From: Proteromonas lacertae
Taxonomy: Eukaryota
Assembly: GCA_002245135.1 (NCBI GenBank)
Contig: NGBS01000019.1
Span: forward strand, 62,001 to 113,963
Direction of reading: 5' to 3'
DNA: 51,963 nucleotides
The stretch's first letter is position 1. Every line of letters begins with the position of its first letter. A model generated the notes under the pieces. That model did no database searches and was not told the DNA's origin. It saw nothing but the letters and a program-made list of their open reading frames with translations. This document shows positions 49,101 through 51,963 of this stretch, in pieces. Position numbers and translations under genes: made by a program.

Positions 49101-51963
49101 AGAAAGATTAGGAGAAATAATTAGTAATAAAAATGGTATAGTGTTTTTAGCACATGCAACAAACAATAAATTAATAGAAATTGTTACTTATTTACATAGC
49201 ATAAAAGCATATGTTAATAATAGAATATTTATGGTTGAACAAACTGAAGACGAATTGGTATATTTCAAAGAAGACGTATTAGAGGGATTTTATTTAGTTG
49301 ATTCTACATTTTCCATTATAGATAGTGGTGAAGACTATATATATTTTGCGCCATTATCTCCATTTTTAAAATCAAACATAACAGCTGAAATGTCTAATGT
49401 AGTAACTGTGACGTCATTTATTATACATGCATTCCAAGGATCTTCAACTGAAACATTAAAGGTGTGTTATCAAAATAGGTTTCATTCATATGAAGGCGCA
49501 AAATCTTTAGAGAGTAATAACTATTTGAAAAGAAATTTAAAAATAGTAAGAATATTACAAAATAATAATCTTGAATTAGTATATGATGCAAATGGTTTAG
49601 AGCCTGATCCTTTTTATTATTCATCCGATTCTACTCAAATTTGTAACTTTTCTGGTGAAAATGGACTTGTGAAAGTGAATAATATTATCTTAATTGATCA
49701 TCAGTTTGAAAAAGAATTTATTGAGTTTGTATTTTACTTTTATTCAAAAAGGACAGTCATCGGGTTGGTATTTGATTAATTACAAAACTTATGTAGTATA
49801 TAGCAATGATGATTGTAGAAGATATTTTCAACAATTTGTTGATAATGAAGATATCTCAACATTAATTGTGATTAATATAGATGTATGTTCTGATGAACTA
49901 TTTTCTGAATATAATAATATAAACAGAACAATTTGGATATTATCAAACTATCCAAACAATTTAAACCAATATAATACATTTGAAGGTGGTTTGTCAGTAA
50001 CTCATACTATTAGACCAGTTTTACTTCATTTAGTTGCATATAAACATAGAATTCCAGTAGCATTTATAATAAATCCAAAATGGAACAAATATTATTCATT
50101 TATAGAAGAATTACTTCTAGAATACAATCTAAAGTTAGTATATAAGCTATATTCTACATCTGAAACAGAAATATATAAATCAATAAAACATTTGATAGAA
50201 GTTTGTCCACAAGGTATTCATCTGTTTATTGAGCAGAATATTATTATATTGAAAGGTATAATAGATGAAGTTAATTTACTTTCTAATAATAATACAAATG
50301 GATTATTTGATTATCTGTCATTTATTCAATCTCCAAACTATTTTATTAATGATCCAAATTATGTTAGAATTGGAACATATTTGCACAAGTTGGCAGAGTC
50401 AAGTGAGGTGTTTGAACATGAAATATTGAGAAGATTTAATAATGAAGATGGTTATCCTTCAATATATTTTATCATTACAGAATATAGTGGAAATAAACAC
50501 AATAGAATCAAATATTTTTAATTGGCTTGATTTCAAAAGCTATAAATCAGCAATATATGGTGTAATGATTAAAACAATAGAAGGAAAACTTAATGTTGAA
50601 ATAAATAATAAAATGAAAAGGAGATTAGAAGTATCCTATTATGAAAATGATGAGTATAAAGAATATATGCTTGGATATACAAATGTATTTCTTAATACAT
50701 ATACATCAACCCAATCTAATATGGAAGTAACTGATTGTAGTTCTTATAAATGTTATAACAGGACAATAGTGACAATCAAAATTGCATTAATCATTCCTAA
50801 ATGTAGTTGTGATGATGATGTTTATAAAACAATGATTTCACCATTTTTGTTTATTCACAAATACTTCCAAGTGAGTTATTTTTTTGATAGTATGAGTTAT
50901 ACTATTTATCCATTTATAAGTGAATATAATGAAACAATTACGTTAAGTAAATACATCGAAGATTTGAAGGAAACAACTAAAATGTCATTAATAATTACAA
51001 ATCTTGATTATATAACAAATTTAGGAGATATTAATCTCTTAAAAGATATAATTATATTTAATTTAGGTAAAGGAATAGATGATTATGTTAGTCCAATATA
51101 CACAATAGGTCCATCATTGGTTTCAATTTCAAATGAAGTGTATTTGTCTATTATGCAACATCGAAGAAATGATATTTATATCTTATTTACTGATACAGTT
51201 AAAATTTCAGCAAAAGTGACTGAAAACTTCAATAAACTATTTCGTGCATCAGGTTTTTCCATTCATCTAGTCAATTATAAAGATGATAATATAAATTCAA
51301 CTTATAATATGTTAATGGATTGTTATAAATCATATAATTGCTCATTTATAAATGCATTACCTTGCTCAATGACTGTTTCATTGAATAAAGAGTTGCTGAA
51401 AAGAGTAGACATAGAAAAACCATTATGGAATGTTTATATATTATTTCAGGATATATCTACAGACAATTATTTTGATTGTTATTTACCCGACAGTTATTAC
51501 GTTTCAGGATATGTGTCAATGCTATTGCATCAACACAATGTAACAATAGTGAAAAATGAAACTGTAAATTATTATTATTTCATTATTAATTATTTGGATG
51601 AATCATGGAATAAGAATTCTGAAGTTTCTTATGCCTACGATGCTATATTGATTTATTTGAATTCCATAGATAGAATTGATAATTTTTATGCTACTTCAGT
51701 AACTGGAAATATGTTATTCAGAGAATTTGTTAGTCCAAGTGGAATTATATCTTTCATAGATAAAAATCAGCTTTCTAGAAACATTTATTTTGGGCAAATA
51801 ACAACCTCAAACACAGCAACAATTTTACATTACAACAATTTATATGCATCATCACCATCTTTAGAGGCAAATTTGAATAAAGCAAACATTTATATAGGAT
51901 TATTATTAGATACAAAAGGAGGAAATGAAGAAGAATTATCAAGACAAATAGTGTTGTATTCTG
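43171..51963 (+). CDS. Giant secreted/surface protein of >=8-9 tandem AmiC/UrtA-like type-1 periplasmic-binding domains (3'-partial; 3-4 introns; +1 breaks near 49740 and 50470)
   Basis: Signal peptide MYLILIIFIHIAAC. Repeats of ~330-390 aa each begin with a hydrophobic I/V-G-L-L-type strand and end G-x-x-x-F-x-x-N-N. Best matches: IVETIDFINSN|SGLLNKRIRL, GYNSGEVCHPNIIPVG, IWYVENTPGFFCDSRYVFFGTLPNHFLSPALYFF, LEPDPF. The last frame is open from ~50480 to the window end. Confidence 0.78.

Noticed and set aside
1..51963. Stop-codon reassignment to explain the fragmented ORFs
   Set aside because: Nearly all breaks are resolved by canonical short GT-AG introns. TAA, TAG (RPB5, MCM2) and TGA (G3BP-like) all terminate conserved proteins, and long exons have no in-frame stops.
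1..51963. Blastocystis-type stop codons created by polyadenylation
   Set aside because: Every complete gene has a genomically encoded stop at a plausible position. TG/T-rich 3' flanks exist but are not diagnostic without cDNA.
43171..51963. Bacterial contamination or an operon of ABC solute-binding genes
   Set aside because: The gene has spliceosomal introns of host type, host-like composition, fused domains, and no permease or ATPase genes.
1..51963. CRISPR-like or long tandem DNA repeat arrays
   Set aside because: Only microsatellites and protein-level repeats are seen. The PBP repeats are not visibly similar at the DNA level.

Overview
This is very AT-rich, gene-dense eukaryotic nuclear DNA in the standard code, with many tiny GT-AG introns (mostly 25-45 nt, 5' site GTAT(A/T), 3' site (T/A)TAG). 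That style resembles Blastocystis/Proteromonas-type gut stramenopiles, which is inference only. Manual splicing gives 21 protein-coding genes: two divergent Hsp70/Hsp110-like paralogs, kinesin, PDR-type ABCG, UNC-93-like MFS, FAM92-like BAR protein, FANCE-like, a GPI/surface orphan, SLC13, a class-C-like 7TM receptor, G3BP-like, an IQ-motif protein, RPB5, Abi-like, ODR-4-like, ITFG2-like, a charged helical protein, MCM2, SmG and a divergent pair at the right end. That pair is the most striking feature. It consists of a signal peptide + Venus-flytrap-like ectodomain + 7TM + RGS receptor (43121->39592) only 49 bp from a giant secreted protein (43171->beyond the window) built from at least 8-9 tandem bacterial AmiC/UrtA-like periplasmic-binding domains. 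Six 1-nt frame breaks in otherwise intact genes are probably long-read consensus errors but need checking. All family calls come from motifs recognised by eye; no searches were run.
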